Source: the human T2T-CHM13v2.0 reference genome, Homo sapiens. Taken from it: a DNA stretch of 64,000 bases. The position numbers were made by a program, and so were the translations under genes. This document shows, piece by piece, positions 28,479 to 44,698 of the stretch. How positions within the stretch are numbered: the first letter of the stretch is position 1; each line of letters opens with the position of its first letter. Location: NCBI RefSeq assembly GCF_009914755.1, contig NC_060940.1, one strand, 5' to 3'. The notes beneath the pieces are model-generated. The model was given only the letters and a program-made list of their open reading frames with translations, did not search any database and had not been told where the DNA came from.

Positions 28479-29890
28479 TAAAAATTTTTTAATTAAAAAT
28501 AATAATAATTAATTAATTAAGGTCAGGCTGAATTTTTGACAGAGGCCTGGGCTAGAGAGAACAGGGCTGCTCCGGAGACCTGAAAAGAGAAGCTGTTTGG
28601 GGAGCAGAGGTACAAGAAAAGTCTAGATGAGTTCTTTCTATTCTATTTTAGGTTATTTGTTTGATTAGCAAATTTGGTGGGGCAGAGACGGGCCATCTCC
28701 CAAGTGACAGGCAGGCTTGTTTGGCACTTTTTGTTTATTTACAAAGCAATTCAATTTCTTGGTGTTCAGGAGCTCCCTGAGAAACGGGCCCAGGCCCACC
28801 TCTGGCACAGGCAGAGGGCACAGCATTAGCAAAGGCCCAAGGGAGGGACCCCACAGAGCAGCCTCCGAGAAGAGCCAGGAGTCCCTCGGGCTGGGGAAGT
28901 GAGAGGGCATTGAGGCCTGAAGGAAGACTGGGCTGATCTTCAGACTTCAGTCTATTGGGGGGCAGGGTGAGTCCTGGAGAGACGGTGCCCCACGCAGCCA
29001 AGGCAGGGTGAGGGAGGTCACACCTCAGCACATTCTCTTCTGTGTGACGTTGGAGATCATTAACCTGTGGACCCTAACAGCTGCCACCACCACCTTCAGG
29101 AATTCAGGTCCTCCCTGCCTGGCACGTTGGCCAGCACTCCCACGGCCCAGCCCTGTTGGAGAAGGAGGCAGTTCATTAGATGTGCTGACATTGGCTCTCT
29201 TGGCTTCCTGGGACAGCCCTCACCAGCATCCTGGGCTCTCAAGAGCCTGGGCTGGTGGCTGCCATCCCCCCAGGACAGGAGCCCACCAAGTCCCTTCTGG
29301 TTGAGGACCCTTGGGCCCTCAAGGATCCCAACTCTGCTCATGATGGCATCTGGGGGAGCGCGGGAGCCCTGGAGGGGAAGGTAAGAGTCCTGGGTCCCAG
29401 CCCAGCCTGGCCACTGGCTCACTGTGGCGACCCTCAAGCATGGCCTTGCTCCCTCTGGAACTCAGTGACCTCTGAGATCTGGGACCTCTGAGTCTGGGAA
29501 TTGGGCAGGGTGACAGAGTCAGGTGACTCAACCTGCACCCGGTCTTGGGGTGTGGAACCCTGAGCAGAGCAGGTGGCGCTCTTGGAAGGGGAGGCAGACA
29601 AGGGCAGAGAAGGGGGCTGCACAGGGCTTTGTAAGAGAGAAGGAGAGGTTCCGGACCCAGCCTGCGGTCCAGGAAACTGTCTCAAAGGAAGTGGGTCTCG
29701 GCTGAGACCTCAAGGGTGAGCAGCAGTTAGGCGAAGGAAAGAGGAAAAGGCATTCAACTGTACGGCCCAGGCCAGGCGCAGTGGCTCATGCCTGTAATCC
29801 CAGTAATTTGGGAGGCTGAGGTGGGTGGATCACCTGAGGTCAGGAGTTTGAGACCAGCCTGGACAACACGATGAAACCCGGCCTCTACTA

Positions 29891-30229
<339 letters not shown>

Positions 30230-30515
30230 TCATCCAGCTGCTGCGTGGACAATGAACAAGGACACCGAGTGATGTGTATCCTTGGCAAGTGATAGTCTAG
30301 CCAAGGGCAGGAAAGTGGGCATAGGGAAGAGGGGACTCACTTGGTGGCTGGAGGGTGTCAGGGAAGAGGTCTGGGGAAAGATTACATGGGGACCCAGGAG
30401 GGAGGGCAGTTCTGAAGGGAGGAGATGGGGCTGACTTTACACAATGGATTTGGAGGTGTCCGAAGGTCATCCTAAGTGGGGGAAGTGGAGCAAGAGATGT
30501 GGGGGATGAGACTCA

Positions 30516-31038
<523 letters not shown>

Positions 31039-31041
31039 TCA

Positions 31042-31272
<231 letters not shown>

Positions 31273-32619
31273 TCAAGAATGAGGTGTGGCTAGGTGCTGT
31301 GGGTCACGCCTGTAATCCTAGCACTTTGGGAGGCCGAGGCAGGCAGATCATTAGGTCAAGAGTTTGAGAGCAGACTGACCAACATGGTGAAACCCCGTCT
31401 CTACTAAAAATACAAAAATTAGCTGGGCATGGGGTGTGCACCTGTAATCCCAGCTACTCAGGAGGCTGAGGCAGGAGAATCGCTTAAACCTAGGAAGCAG
31501 AGGTGGCAGTGAGCCGAGATAGTGCCACTGCACTACAGCCTAGGCGACAGAGTGAGACTCCATCTCAAAAAAAAAGAAAAAAAAAAATGAGGTAAGGGGG
31601 TTGAGCTCCTGGAGGAGCTCACTGAGGGGCATGAAGGGAGATAGCCAGAGAAGCAGCTAGAAATCCTTCTCTTGGATCACAGAAGCCAAAGGACGCTTCA
31701 GAAGATGGGGAGGACCAGCTGTGCCCAACACACCTGGAAAGGTCAAAGGAGGAGAGGACTGAGAAGTGGAGGGACAGGGAGCATTTCTCCCTCTTGAAGA
31801 GGCTTTGGCATATGGAGGGGGTTTTAATGGTAGTGGTGGGGTTCCCAGGATCCGTGATCAGGTCTGAGTGTCAGCAGAGCTGTCACACAGAACCGAACAG
31901 GTTGTGCACTGCACTCTACAGTGACTGTTCTTGAATCCAGGACTGGCCGCCAGGGGCACCCCCTTGAGCTGGCGGTATTTTGCCAAGTCCGTAACTGCAG
32001 TGTAGACACTTCCCAGACGGTGGCGCCAAAGACCAACTTTACTTCTTAGGAGCAGAGTCGGGTTCCGCCTGGGGATTCTCAGCCCCAGGTCGTCATCCGA
32101 TGGGACGGGGGAATTTCCAGATGCCTGGTGGCCGGGTCTCTCCTACCACCACACCCTCCAAATCTCTGTCAGAGCAGTTCACCTAGCGTTAGCAACTCAC
32201 AGAAATAAACTATGCACCACACACTGCAGCCTTCCTTTGTCAGGGGGCCTGGGCTGAAAGGGTCCCAGGGGAGCAGTTCATCCCATGAGCTGGGAGAGGC
32301 GAAGACGTCCCTCCCACTTGTCCCTTAGGAGAAAGGAGTCAGGAAGGAAGGAAGGACGCCCAGCCCAGACCGCGAGACACACAGTCAATCGCCCCACCCC
32401 TTGCCCAAACCAGCAGAGCACCGCCCAGCTCACAGCTCCCCCTGGAGGCCGAGGCTGGACTAGCGGGGACAATGACAGCGACACTGGCCAGCCTCAGGCG
32501 GTGTCCCCAGGGAAGCGATTGCCAAGCCTAGAAATTTACACCTCCTCAGTGCAGAGGCCAGCCTGGAGATGGCCCAATAAGTAATGGCCATGTTGCTTTT
32601 GAAAACGATGCCATGTTGA

Positions 32620-33338
<719 letters not shown>

Positions 33339-33579
33339 TGATCTGCCCGCCTCAGCCACCCAAAGTGTTGGGATTACAGGCATGAGCCACTGCATCCGGC
33401 CTCCACCATGCTTATTATATTGAGTGCCTTTCCATGTTCAGATATAAAACCCTCACTCCCTACCCCGCCCTCACCCCACTCACCTCTCAGACCTCACCTC
33501 CTGACCTCTCCTCTAGCCCACATGGCTCAACTACCACTAGCTCATTCTCACCTCCCAGCCCCCCAACCCCCCGCCTTTG

Positions 33580-34781
<1,202 letters not shown>

Positions 34782-37700
34782 TGAGTGTCCCCTCACACAT
34801 CATGTTCATCACTGCCCATCTCAGAGGCAAACAAAAAAAAATAGTGTCTCCTGTTGTTTGTGTTTGCATTGTGTTGATTATTAATGAGATGCGGCACTTC
34901 TTCAAATAGCAATTTTAACGATTAAACGGATGGGTGCACTTAAAGCATCAGAAAGGAGAAATGGCTCTAGGAGAAGCCTGATGACAGTGGTAAAGCCAGG
35001 ACTTGAATGTGGAGCAGCATCCCTGGCTCTTGTCTTTTGACACACACAAAGGAAAGTAGAGTCCAGGCTGGGGCTGGAGGGGTGTGGAGGCTGGTGGTGG
35101 GTCAAGTATACCCGCAAGCCTCATACCTACCTCCTCCAAGCCTGCCTTTGCCCCACCATGCACTGAAGTGCTCCAACAGGCCGTGGTGCTTTGGGCCTTT
35201 CCTTACTTGATCTCTTGGTGACCCAGTTGACCACTGTTCCCCCCAGAAGATGTCTCCAGCTCAGACCCCTCTCTCTTCTCCCTGCCTGTCCAGCTGCCTT
35301 CTGGACACTTCCTCCTTGGTGGTCCCTAGATCCCTCAGATGCCACCTGCCCAAACTGACCATATTACCTTTCCCTTAACCAGATCCTTCAGGCCTCCCCA
35401 CCTCATTAAAAAACACCATTATCCCACTATCCACCCATCACCCAGGCCCAAAGCCCCTGCCTCATCTGGGATGTCTCCCTCTCTCCAGACTCCACATCCC
35501 TTCAGTCACCAAGCTCTGCATTCTGCCTCCTGAACATCTCTTAAATGTCTCCTCTCCATCCCCACGGCCCCTACCCTGGCCCAGGCCACCATCCACTGGG
35601 CTGGAAATTGCACCAGCCTCCTTGAGGCCTCCTGCCTCCCCTCATACACACACACAGTGCCTGAGTGACGTTTGCAAAGCACAGATATGACCACAAAATC
35701 CCCCAGCCTAAAGCCCAGGCTCCCCATCACCCCAAGGGTAAAATCCTTGCTCCCCAGCCGGCCCCAAGGCCCCGCACGCAATTCTCCAGCTTTTGCTCTG
35801 GTTCAGCAAAAGAGGCTGCTCCTTTCTCCTGTGGCTTAAACTCTTGCTCCCCCAGCCTCAGCTGCTCCTTCCAGGACCTACCCACTGTCTGCCTAGGGAG
35901 CCCCAACAAAGAGCCACGCTAAGGGCCCCTTCTCTGCAAAGCCCTTCCTAACTAGCACACATGTGCACACAGACACAGTCCCACACACTCACATACACAC
36001 ACACCCTCAGCATTTGGGGACTTGGGAGGTGCAGAGACTTGGACATACCTGTTCTCTTTGACTGTGAGCCCTGTGGGAAGGAACTAGGGAGATCTCACCT
36101 CTGGTCACCCCAGGGTGGCCCGGGCACAGCCGACATTCCACAAATGCTTGCTGTATATCTGGCAAATGAATGAATGATGTGGCCCCAGGCACAGTCCAGG
36201 ACAAGCTTCTATTCTATCTGTTCACAGAAAGCTGGGATGGGGGTGGGGGTTGCATGGCAGAGAGTTGTCATCCGCGGGGGCTGTAGGGTGGGGTGAGGGA
36301 AGCCGCGGTTTTTCTGGGGTTTCGGACTTGAACTGCATTACTTCTGAAATGGAACTAGCAGTGCCGTGTGTGAGGACTGGGGGTTCATTGCGGCTCTCAC
36401 CACCCTCTGCTGTCTGTCCCAGGGATTTTTCTCAGGCCTGAGTCCACCCCTCTGAGAATGTGATCTCCCAGTGGTTAGAAGTGCTCATAATTCCTTTCTA
36501 CACACACCACAGCTACCAGCTGAGTCCCAGGCAGAGGACAGGGCTCAGGAAATGATGCCTGATTCAAACAGGGCCGAGCTGACCACGACCCAGGGAGCCA
36601 AGTTGGAGCTCAGAGTCTGCCCTTCCCAACGATGTGACAGTTTCTATGGGAAGTTCTTGCCTTCCCTGAGCTTCAGGTGTCTCCTCTTTGAAGTGGGTTT
36701 CAAGCTGTGTCCTCCCCTGTGCTTAGCTCACCAATTGTTAGGGAGAGGCTTTGAAAGCCACCAGGACCCTGTGACCCTCGGAGGGATGCTGCCCTTCCCT
36801 CGAGGCCCCTTGGATGTGGGGGAAGAGCCAGGTGAACTCCCAGGTGTTCCATTTAATCACTGCAGCGCCATCTGTGCCTGGTCTGGTGGTCACAGGCCTG
36901 GCCATGGACAAGGACAATAGGCAGTAATGGGTGCTCAGAGGACACAGGTTCCCTGGAGGAAGGGACATCTGAGCTGTTTTCCAAGTGGATGAGGGGGAGA
37001 AGCATCCTAGGCAGAAGGGAGGCTGGGAAAAAAGGCAGAGGCCAGAGGGTGGAGGCTGCATCCAGGGAGCTGCAGGCTGGGAGTGTAGTGGAAGCCAGAT
37101 CACAGGGGCCGCAGAATAAGTGCAAGATAAGGAGGTGAGGTCATCTGAGGCCAGATCTCCTGGGCCTTGGAGGCCCTACCACATAGTATGGACTATCTTC
37201 TGGAGTGGGTGGGCATGGTAGGGGGAGGGAATTAATTCAAAAGATGTTAAGGAGAAAGAAGCAAGAGGACTGGGCAGCTAAAGGAAGGTGAGGGCAGGAG
37301 AGGGGGATGCCAAGGGCTCATGCATTTACACGTTCAGTTACTTGCTCATTCAACAAATATTTCTTGAACTCCCACTATGAGCCAGGCACCTTGATGATAA
37401 GGACTTCTGTGGTTCCTACCCGCACACTACTTAGAGACAACACAGTCAGGCAGGGTCAGGCCCATGAGCACACATGGTGTGCACACTGCTGCCTGGCCAT
37501 GGTGAGCAGTATGAAAGGAGTCAATAGGAGGCTGGAACAGAGGGTGTCTGCAGAGAAAGTACTCAGAAGATGCCTGGCTGAGAGGTGACTTTAGGGGTGG
37601 GCAGAGGCCAATTGGTGCCAGCTTTGAGAACTCCAGAAAACCCCAGTCTCTAGCTCAGGTGGATGCCTGGGTAGACAGTGGTGCTTTGTAGGGATGGGGA

Positions 37701-37896
37701 CAATGCTGAGGACTGGTGAGTCAACCAGAAAGCAGCCAGGGGCTCTGAAACAGGAGAGGGCTCTGGGCACAGAGGGAAGTTTGGGATGGTCAGCAGTGAA
37801 TGGATGGGAGCCCTGAGACTGGATGATATTTTAGGGTAGGGTGAATAAAGAGAAGAACTCAGCCCCTGGAAGTCATGCCCAGGTTTAAGGACTTCA

Positions 37897-38247
<351 letters not shown>

Positions 38248-39479
38248 TCAAGCCTGTAATCCCAGTACTTTGGGAGGCCAAGGTGGGAGGATCGCTTGAG
38301 CCCAGTTAGAGACCAGTCTGAGCAACATGAAGAAAGCCCATCTCTAAAAAACCGACCAAACAGGCTGGGCGCGGTGGCTCATGCCTGTAATCCCAGCACT
38401 TTGGGAGGCCAAGGCGGGCAGATCACGAGGTCAGGAGATCGAGACCATCCTGGCTAACATGGTGAAACCCCATCTCTACCAAAAATACAAAAAATTAGCC
38501 GGGCGTGGTGTGGGCGCCTGTAGTCCCAGCTACTCGGGAGGCTGAGGCAGGAGAATGGCATGAACCTGGGAGGTGGAGCTTGCACTGCATTCCAGCCTGG
38601 GCGACAGTGACACTCTGTCTCAAAAAAAAAAAAAAAAAACCCGACCAAACAAAACCAAGCAAACAAGCAAAACACACAAAAAAACAGCCCTCAGGACTGG
38701 TGGGGGCGGGGTACAGATATTCAGGGACCTCTTACTGTCCCTGAAACCATTCCTGGGTAGGTCTGACATACATGAGGGCTGCGGGAGTGCAAGGCCTGGA
38801 GAAGCCTCAGGGGTGTCCAGGTTGGAAGGGCCAGGGGTGTCTGATTGATGGGAGGAGCGGGGGAGTGGAACTGGCCCTTTGACCCCAACATGGGGTCGAC
38901 TCTCAGCCCCACCTTTACCGACTGTGTGGAGGGCCAGCATTCTAGCCCCGGCTTTGGAAAGGACTGGGTTGCCCAACACATGGCCCTGTACCCGGACCCT
39001 GCCAGCGTCCCCACCCCAAGACTGCCCGAAAACCAGTACCCAATGAGTGGGGAATGCATGACCCGGCTATGAGCCTGGACTTACCAGCCAGACAGTGGCA
39101 GAAAGGGCGGCCTGCCTCTACAGCGACGCTGAGGCTGGCTGAAATGGCAGGGCTGAAGGGCAGCGTCTGGACCCAGAAGGTGCCAGGCGGCTTCTGGACT
39201 CCCCAAGGCCTTCACAACAGCCCTGGATCCTTTCCACCAACCAGCCTAAGCCAGCAGTAGCAGCTCCAGGACCTGTTTCAGGTGGTCACGGACAGGGGGC
39301 CCGCAAGGTCTCCAGAGCCCGAGGGATCTGGGGAGGGGACAAGCAGGCGGGGCTCCCTGGCGCTCACCGTTTTAGGGTCTGCGTGAGAAAGCCTCCCTCA
39401 CATCCCCCAGGGTCTGCCCTCCCTGCAAGCTGGTGGGCTGCGTGGGCCACCGGCCTGCCCCGTTATCCGAGAGGGCGGA

Positions 39480-39682
39480 GCGAGCCGTGGGCGCCTCTAG
39501 GGGTGCGGGAGCCGCGGGAGCGCAGGGGGTGGGGCCCGGCGGGCCAGGGGAGGGGCGGCGGGGCGGCGGGCGGAGGGAGGGGCCGGCGCCTGCGGCGGCG
39601 ACAGCGGCAGCTGCGGCGCGACCAGGCCGGGCACCTCCGAGCGCAAGGACAGCGCGAGGTCCGCGCAGCCCAGCGCAGCCAT
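39480..39682 (+). other. RIPOR1: RIPOR1 non-coding first exon at the distal CpG island (5' end approximate)
   Basis: Strong donor CAT|gtgagt at 39682/39683 inside a CpG island with many GC boxes. Confidence 0.75.
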
Positions 39683-40590
39683 GTGAGTGTCCCGCGCCGT
39701 TTCCGGGGCTGCAGGCCGGGCGGGGAGCAGGCGCGGAGGTTCTGGTGCCCCCCCGCCGGCGCCGCCCGGTGGGTCCGGGATCTGCGGCTCTGTCCCGCCT
39801 CACCCCATCTCCCGGACCCCGGCCGCGCCTTGTCTTTCCTCCCCTCCCCCCGGGCGTGGAGAACGCAGCTTCTCCCACAAAAGCCGCCGCCTCCGGGCCT
39901 GCAGAGCCTGGCGCTGCTGCCTTCCTCCCACGGCAAGGCCCTGGCGGCCGGTGCCCCGGGGCGCTGGGATGGGCCAGGCCAGAGAGCGGGCTCAAGGCGC
40001 CAGCCTGGGCCCTGGCACGCGCGCTCCCTGGGAGCCCTTGCTGCCTTCGCCGCAGGGGAGGCTGGGCTGGAAATGGGGAGGGGGCGACGAAGGGTGCGGG
40101 CCGGCCTAGGAGCTGAGCTAATCCTCCTAGCTCTAGGGGCCGGCCTAAGCGGCTTTGTGGCCGGCCCCGAGGTGACCGAGCCTGGGCTGGAGCCGGGCTC
40201 TCCGCCCAAACCTGGCGTAGCCGAAGCCGGAGAGGATCGTCCTTGTCGGGGAACGGAGCTTTTCCCTGGAAATGGAGGTTGGCGCAAGGTTCCTGCAACA
40301 GCCGGGCCTGGGCTCTCTGCAGAACTGGTTTGGGCAAGGGGCTGCTCACCAGGGCTAGAGGTCGGATTCAGTCCAGATTCAGCACCCTTTGTCCTCCTCT
40401 CCAGGGTGAGCCCTGAGTCCGGCCTCCCCTACAGACCCTCCCCAGCCAGTTCTAACGTGTGTCCAGGCTGGCCGCCCCAGCACCTACTGTGCGCAGCCTC
40501 GTGTAACAATACTTGTGCCCTGGCTGCAGTCTGCGGGGCCGCGCCCTGGGCCTGCCGCATTCGGCCAACGCACAGCATCTGAGGAGGGTT

Positions 40591-40627
40591 ATGACCATCT
40601 GGCAGATGCAGAAACAGGCCCAGAGAG
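40591..40627 (+). CDS. RIPOR1: RIPOR1 alternative coding exon, MTIWQMQKQAQR(G); gives a 20-aa N-terminal extension (15 aa from the second ATG at 40606)
   Basis: ATG at 40591, donor GAG|gttagt at 40627. Phase 1, so in frame with the exon starting at 49191 (G|GG AGC). Confidence 0.65.
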
Positions 40628-40700
40628 GTTAGTAGTATTCTCAAGGTCACACAGCTGGTTTGGGAGAAGCGAGGATTAGATCTGAGTCCTTGCCCCTGCG
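40600..40700 (+). mobile_element. MIR SINE core overlapping an alternative RIPOR1 exon
   Basis: CAGATGCAGAAACAGGCCCAGAGAGGTTAGTAGTATTCTCAAGGTCACACAGCTGGT vs MIR core CAGATGAGGAAACTGAGGCTCAGAGAGGTTAAGTAACTTGCCCAAGGTCACACAGCTAGT. Confidence 0.8.
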
Positions 40701-42627
40701 ACACCCACCTCCGTGGTATTGGAGGGAGGAGAGGAATGATAATTGGGGGCTGAGGTACAAAATACTCCAGCGGGACAAGGAGGACTGGCATAGCTCCTTC
40801 TTCCACCGCCCTCTCCGGCTTGGGTCCTGTGACTGCGGCGGGAGAGAGGAGCAAGGTGAGCCGCCCCAGGGGTCTGGGTTTGGGTGCGGGTGAGGGGAGG
40901 ACTCAGGACTCTGGGCTGGGTCCCGCTTGAGAGAAGCGGGCGGGGAGGGCGCGGGTGAGTCACGGCGGCCCCTCTGCGTCGCCGCTCGGACTCAGCCCTG
41001 GCCAGGCCCGGCCCGGGGGAGGCCGCCTGGCTCCCAGCGCGCGGCCAGGGAATGTAACCAGCTGACCAGGGAGGGGGCCGGCAGGAAGTGAGGCCACCCG
41101 ACAGCCTCCGCCCGGTTCCGGGGTGGGGGGTCCGGGGCTGTGCCGCTCCCCCTCCCTCCTATACGCTTGGGCAGCTGCGAGATGACGTCAGCCGCCGGGT
41201 TTGGGGGCAGTTGCCATGGAGACAAGGACAGGCTCAGAAGGGACCCCCTTCTCCCTTGCAGCCGCCCCTTGCCCAGGTTATTTTTAGCCTCTGTTTACCT
41301 CGGTCGGGGCGGCCCCGGGGTGGGGCGGGGCTAGACCCGGGGACTCCCAGAGAGGCAGCTGGCCTGGCACAGTGCTGAGATGGGCAGCCCAGGTGGTGGG
41401 ATATTCCGCCGCACCCGGGTGTGCCAGTCTTGGTGTGTAGGAAGTATAGCGGGGCTGCAAGATCTGGGGCCATGCGGACAGGTCAGGGCTCCTCCACTCA
41501 CGGCCATCCTGACCTGGCTGTGCTGCAAGCCCCATAACCTTTGGAACCTTGGATCTGGGTTATTTCCCATCCTGGGAACAGACTATAGGGCTGACATGAG
41601 CCCAGAGAGTCCCCTGGTTCTTATCAGCCAGTCCCCCACCAGTTGAGGTGGCCCTTCTGCCTTAGCTCAAGGGGTTCAGCTCTTTCCCTACCTGCTCTCA
41701 CCCAGCAAGGGCAATCTTGCCCGCCCATCTCCCGAAGCGGTCACTCAGATGGACATTATGATGGTCATTTGTACCAACAGTTAGACATCCTAGTTCCTAT
41801 GGGACTCGGGGGATGGTGGCAGCAGAGGGCCAACCAGAGAGAGAAAAGTGATGGAACAGTCAGCGGTTTCCAAGTCCAGAATCCCAGGGGATCCCCACCC
41901 TGCACCATCCCAGGGAGCAGAGCCCCACTTGCTGATGGTATACGATACCATCAGCCAGTGGGAAGGGAGAGGGAGGATTGCATGTCGGGTAGGGGAGTTG
42001 GGGTGGACATAGACTTAAAATCCTCCCCACCAACAAACAGCTCAGGACCTGCTGTTCCTGTGTCTAGGCAGCCCAGCTTCCCCCACTGTTCCCCCCCTTC
42101 ATCTCCCAGGTGCTACAGGACCCCCAGAGCGCTGTGGTGAGCCAAGCAGATATGCCCCAGGTCTCACAAGGTTCAGTCTGGTGGGAAGACAGGCCCTAAA
42201 GGAGAACTGACAACTGGGTTATGTGGTCTCGGGGTTCAGAGGGAGGAAGTCAAAAAGGGGGAACCAACCCAGGGCCTGCTTCCTGGAGGAAGAAGTCATA
42301 GGGTAGACTTGAGGAAGGAGAGGGACTTGGGGCTGAGTAGTGGGAAGAAGGAATAGGAGCGATGGGGGCTGCCGGTCAGATTCTGAAGAACCTTGCAGGT
42401 ATTGAGAGAGGGTCTCAGTTGCTGGAACAGAGAAAGCAGGGGACTGGGAGGAGAGGAGTGGTTGAAAGAATGTGAGGGACAGGACAAATCCTGAAGGGCC
42501 TACGTGGGTCATGTTAGAGAGTCTGGGCTTTCTCCCTGGGACAAGAGTGGCTGTGGCTATTTCACATCAGTCTGAATAGAGTGATATTAAAGATTTAGAG
42601 TCCTGGGGTCAGACAGCCTGGGTTTGA

Positions 42628-42783
<156 letters not shown>

Positions 42784-43369
42784 TGAGTAGCTGGGACTAC
42801 AGGCGCCAGCCACCACGCCCAGCTAATTTTTTTTTTTTTTGTATATTTAGTAGATATGGGGTTTCACCGTGTTAGCCAGGATGGTCTTGATCTCCTGACC
42901 TCATGATCCGCCCTCCTCAGCCTCCCAAAGTGCTGGGATTACAGGCGTGAGCCACCGCACCCGGCCGTGTGACTGTTAAAAATAATAGCAGTTAGTATTT
43001 GTTGTGTGTTCACAGTTAGATGTTAGCTAGGCATGGTGGTGCATGCCTGTGGTTCCAGCTACTTAAGAGGCTAAGGCAGTAAGATTGCTTGAGCCCAGGA
43101 GTTCAAGGCTGCAGTGAGCTATGAACGCACCACTGCACTGAAACTGATCGCTTGAGCCCAGGAGTTCAAGGCTGCAGTGAGCTATGAACACACCACTGCA
43201 CTGAGACCTGGGTGACAGCGTGAGACCTCGTCTTAAAAAAAAAAAAATTAGGTATAGTGAGTCCACCTCAACGTCCCTACCCCACATACAATTCTCCCTT
43301 CCCCAAACACTTCCTATAGAGGGACATCCTCATGAGAGGAGATCTCATTTCATCCTCCCAGCAGCCTTG

Positions 43370-44570
43370 GGAAATAGCTGTTGTTATTATTATTATTGTC
43401 CTCTTTTTACAGATGGGTGTCTGAAGCCCAAAAGGCTGAATAAGTGTCTTGCCCAAGGTCACACAGCCTCAGGTTTCTCAGGTGCGAAGTGGAGCTAATA
43501 GGACTTACCCCATAAGGCTGTTGCCAGGATTAAATGAGATGATGTTTGCTAAGCTCAATGCCTGGCATATAGAATGCTCTCAATAAAGGACAGTTTTTGG
43601 CACTGTCAAGTGGCTACAATTTTAAGGTCAGTGTTGTTACTGAATAATGAATGGATGATTGCAGGTTAGAGTGGAGACAGGAGGTCCCTCAGGAAGGTTC
43701 TAGCTCATCAGAAGCCCAGCTGTAGGGCTCGAGGGGAGAGTTGGTGATGGCTTGGACCTGAATTCTGGCTATAGGGGTAGAGGTGAGGGGGCAGATTGCA
43801 GAGAGATTTAAGAGCCAGACCTGGCAGGAGGGGGTGACCTGGCAGGAGGGGGTGACTGGTCATAGGGGCTAACTGAGACATCCAGGACGACTTCTAGTTT
43901 CTGTCTTGAACAACGGGGTACATAGATGGTGGAGTGTCATGGAGAAGTTGAGACTAGGGAGAGTCAGGTGGAAAGTGGTGAATTTGGTTTGGGAACCTCA
44001 AACCCAGCATGCACTATGACAGCGCACGCTGCATCTGGGGAGGCAGCAAGCAGGCAGTTGGATACAGAGGCCTGGTGCTCAGAAGAGTGGCTTGGGTGGA
44101 GGAGAGATAAGGAAGCTGGCAACATTTAGATGGCATTGAGCTGCGGGATCTGTGCACAGCCCAAGGGCGGGGAGGATAAGGCCCATTCGGGGATGGGAGG
44201 AAAGAAGGGGCCTCTGTGGGAAAGTAAGATATGCAGCCAGAGAGGTAGATAGAAAACCAGCGTATTGTCTCTTGAAATTCAGGGGAAGGAAGGGCTTAAA
44301 GAAGAGGAGGGGAACCACGAAGTCCAAAGCTTTGCTGAGATCAAGCAGGATAAGGATAAAACATGGGCACTGGGTTCAGCAACAGGGAGGTCACTGGTGA
44401 CCTTGTCCAGTGGTGGGTACAGAAACTGGACCAGGGTGGGAAGAGGAGCAGGCGGGTGTAGTGAGAAAATGCAGGTAGACATCTCTTCAAGACACTTGGC
44501 TTTGAAAGGAGAGGAGAAAGATGGAGTAAGAAATGGGGTAGCTGGACAAAGACAGAAGGTCCACAAGCAG
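43370..44570. mobile_element. MIR and L2 fragments in RIPOR1 intron 1
   Basis: TTTTACAGATG...CCCAAGGTCACACAGC (MIR); TGCTCTCAATAAA and purine-rich L2-type blocks (GGAGGTCACTGGTGACCTTG). Confidence 0.6.
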
Positions 44571-44593
44571 TCTTTTTTTTTTTTTTTTTCTGA

Positions 44594-44698
<105 letters not shown>

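Larger units (their letters stand above)
39300..41420. promoter_or_regulatory. CpG island, distal (probably bidirectional) RIPOR1 promoter
   Basis: Very high GC and CpG density. Motifs: GC boxes, AP-1 TGAGTCA 40956-40962, ETS CAGGAAGTG 41082-41090, full CRE TGACGTCA 41183-41190, RFX X-box GTTGCCATGGAGAC 41210-41223. Confidence 0.88.

Noticed and set aside
39372-40582. Long overlapping ORFs (325, 399, 227, 274 aa) in the CpG island, and similar ones at 48071-49217
   Set aside because: Stop-codon depletion in very GC-rich DNA; open on several frames and both strands, low-complexity G/P/A/R content, no homology
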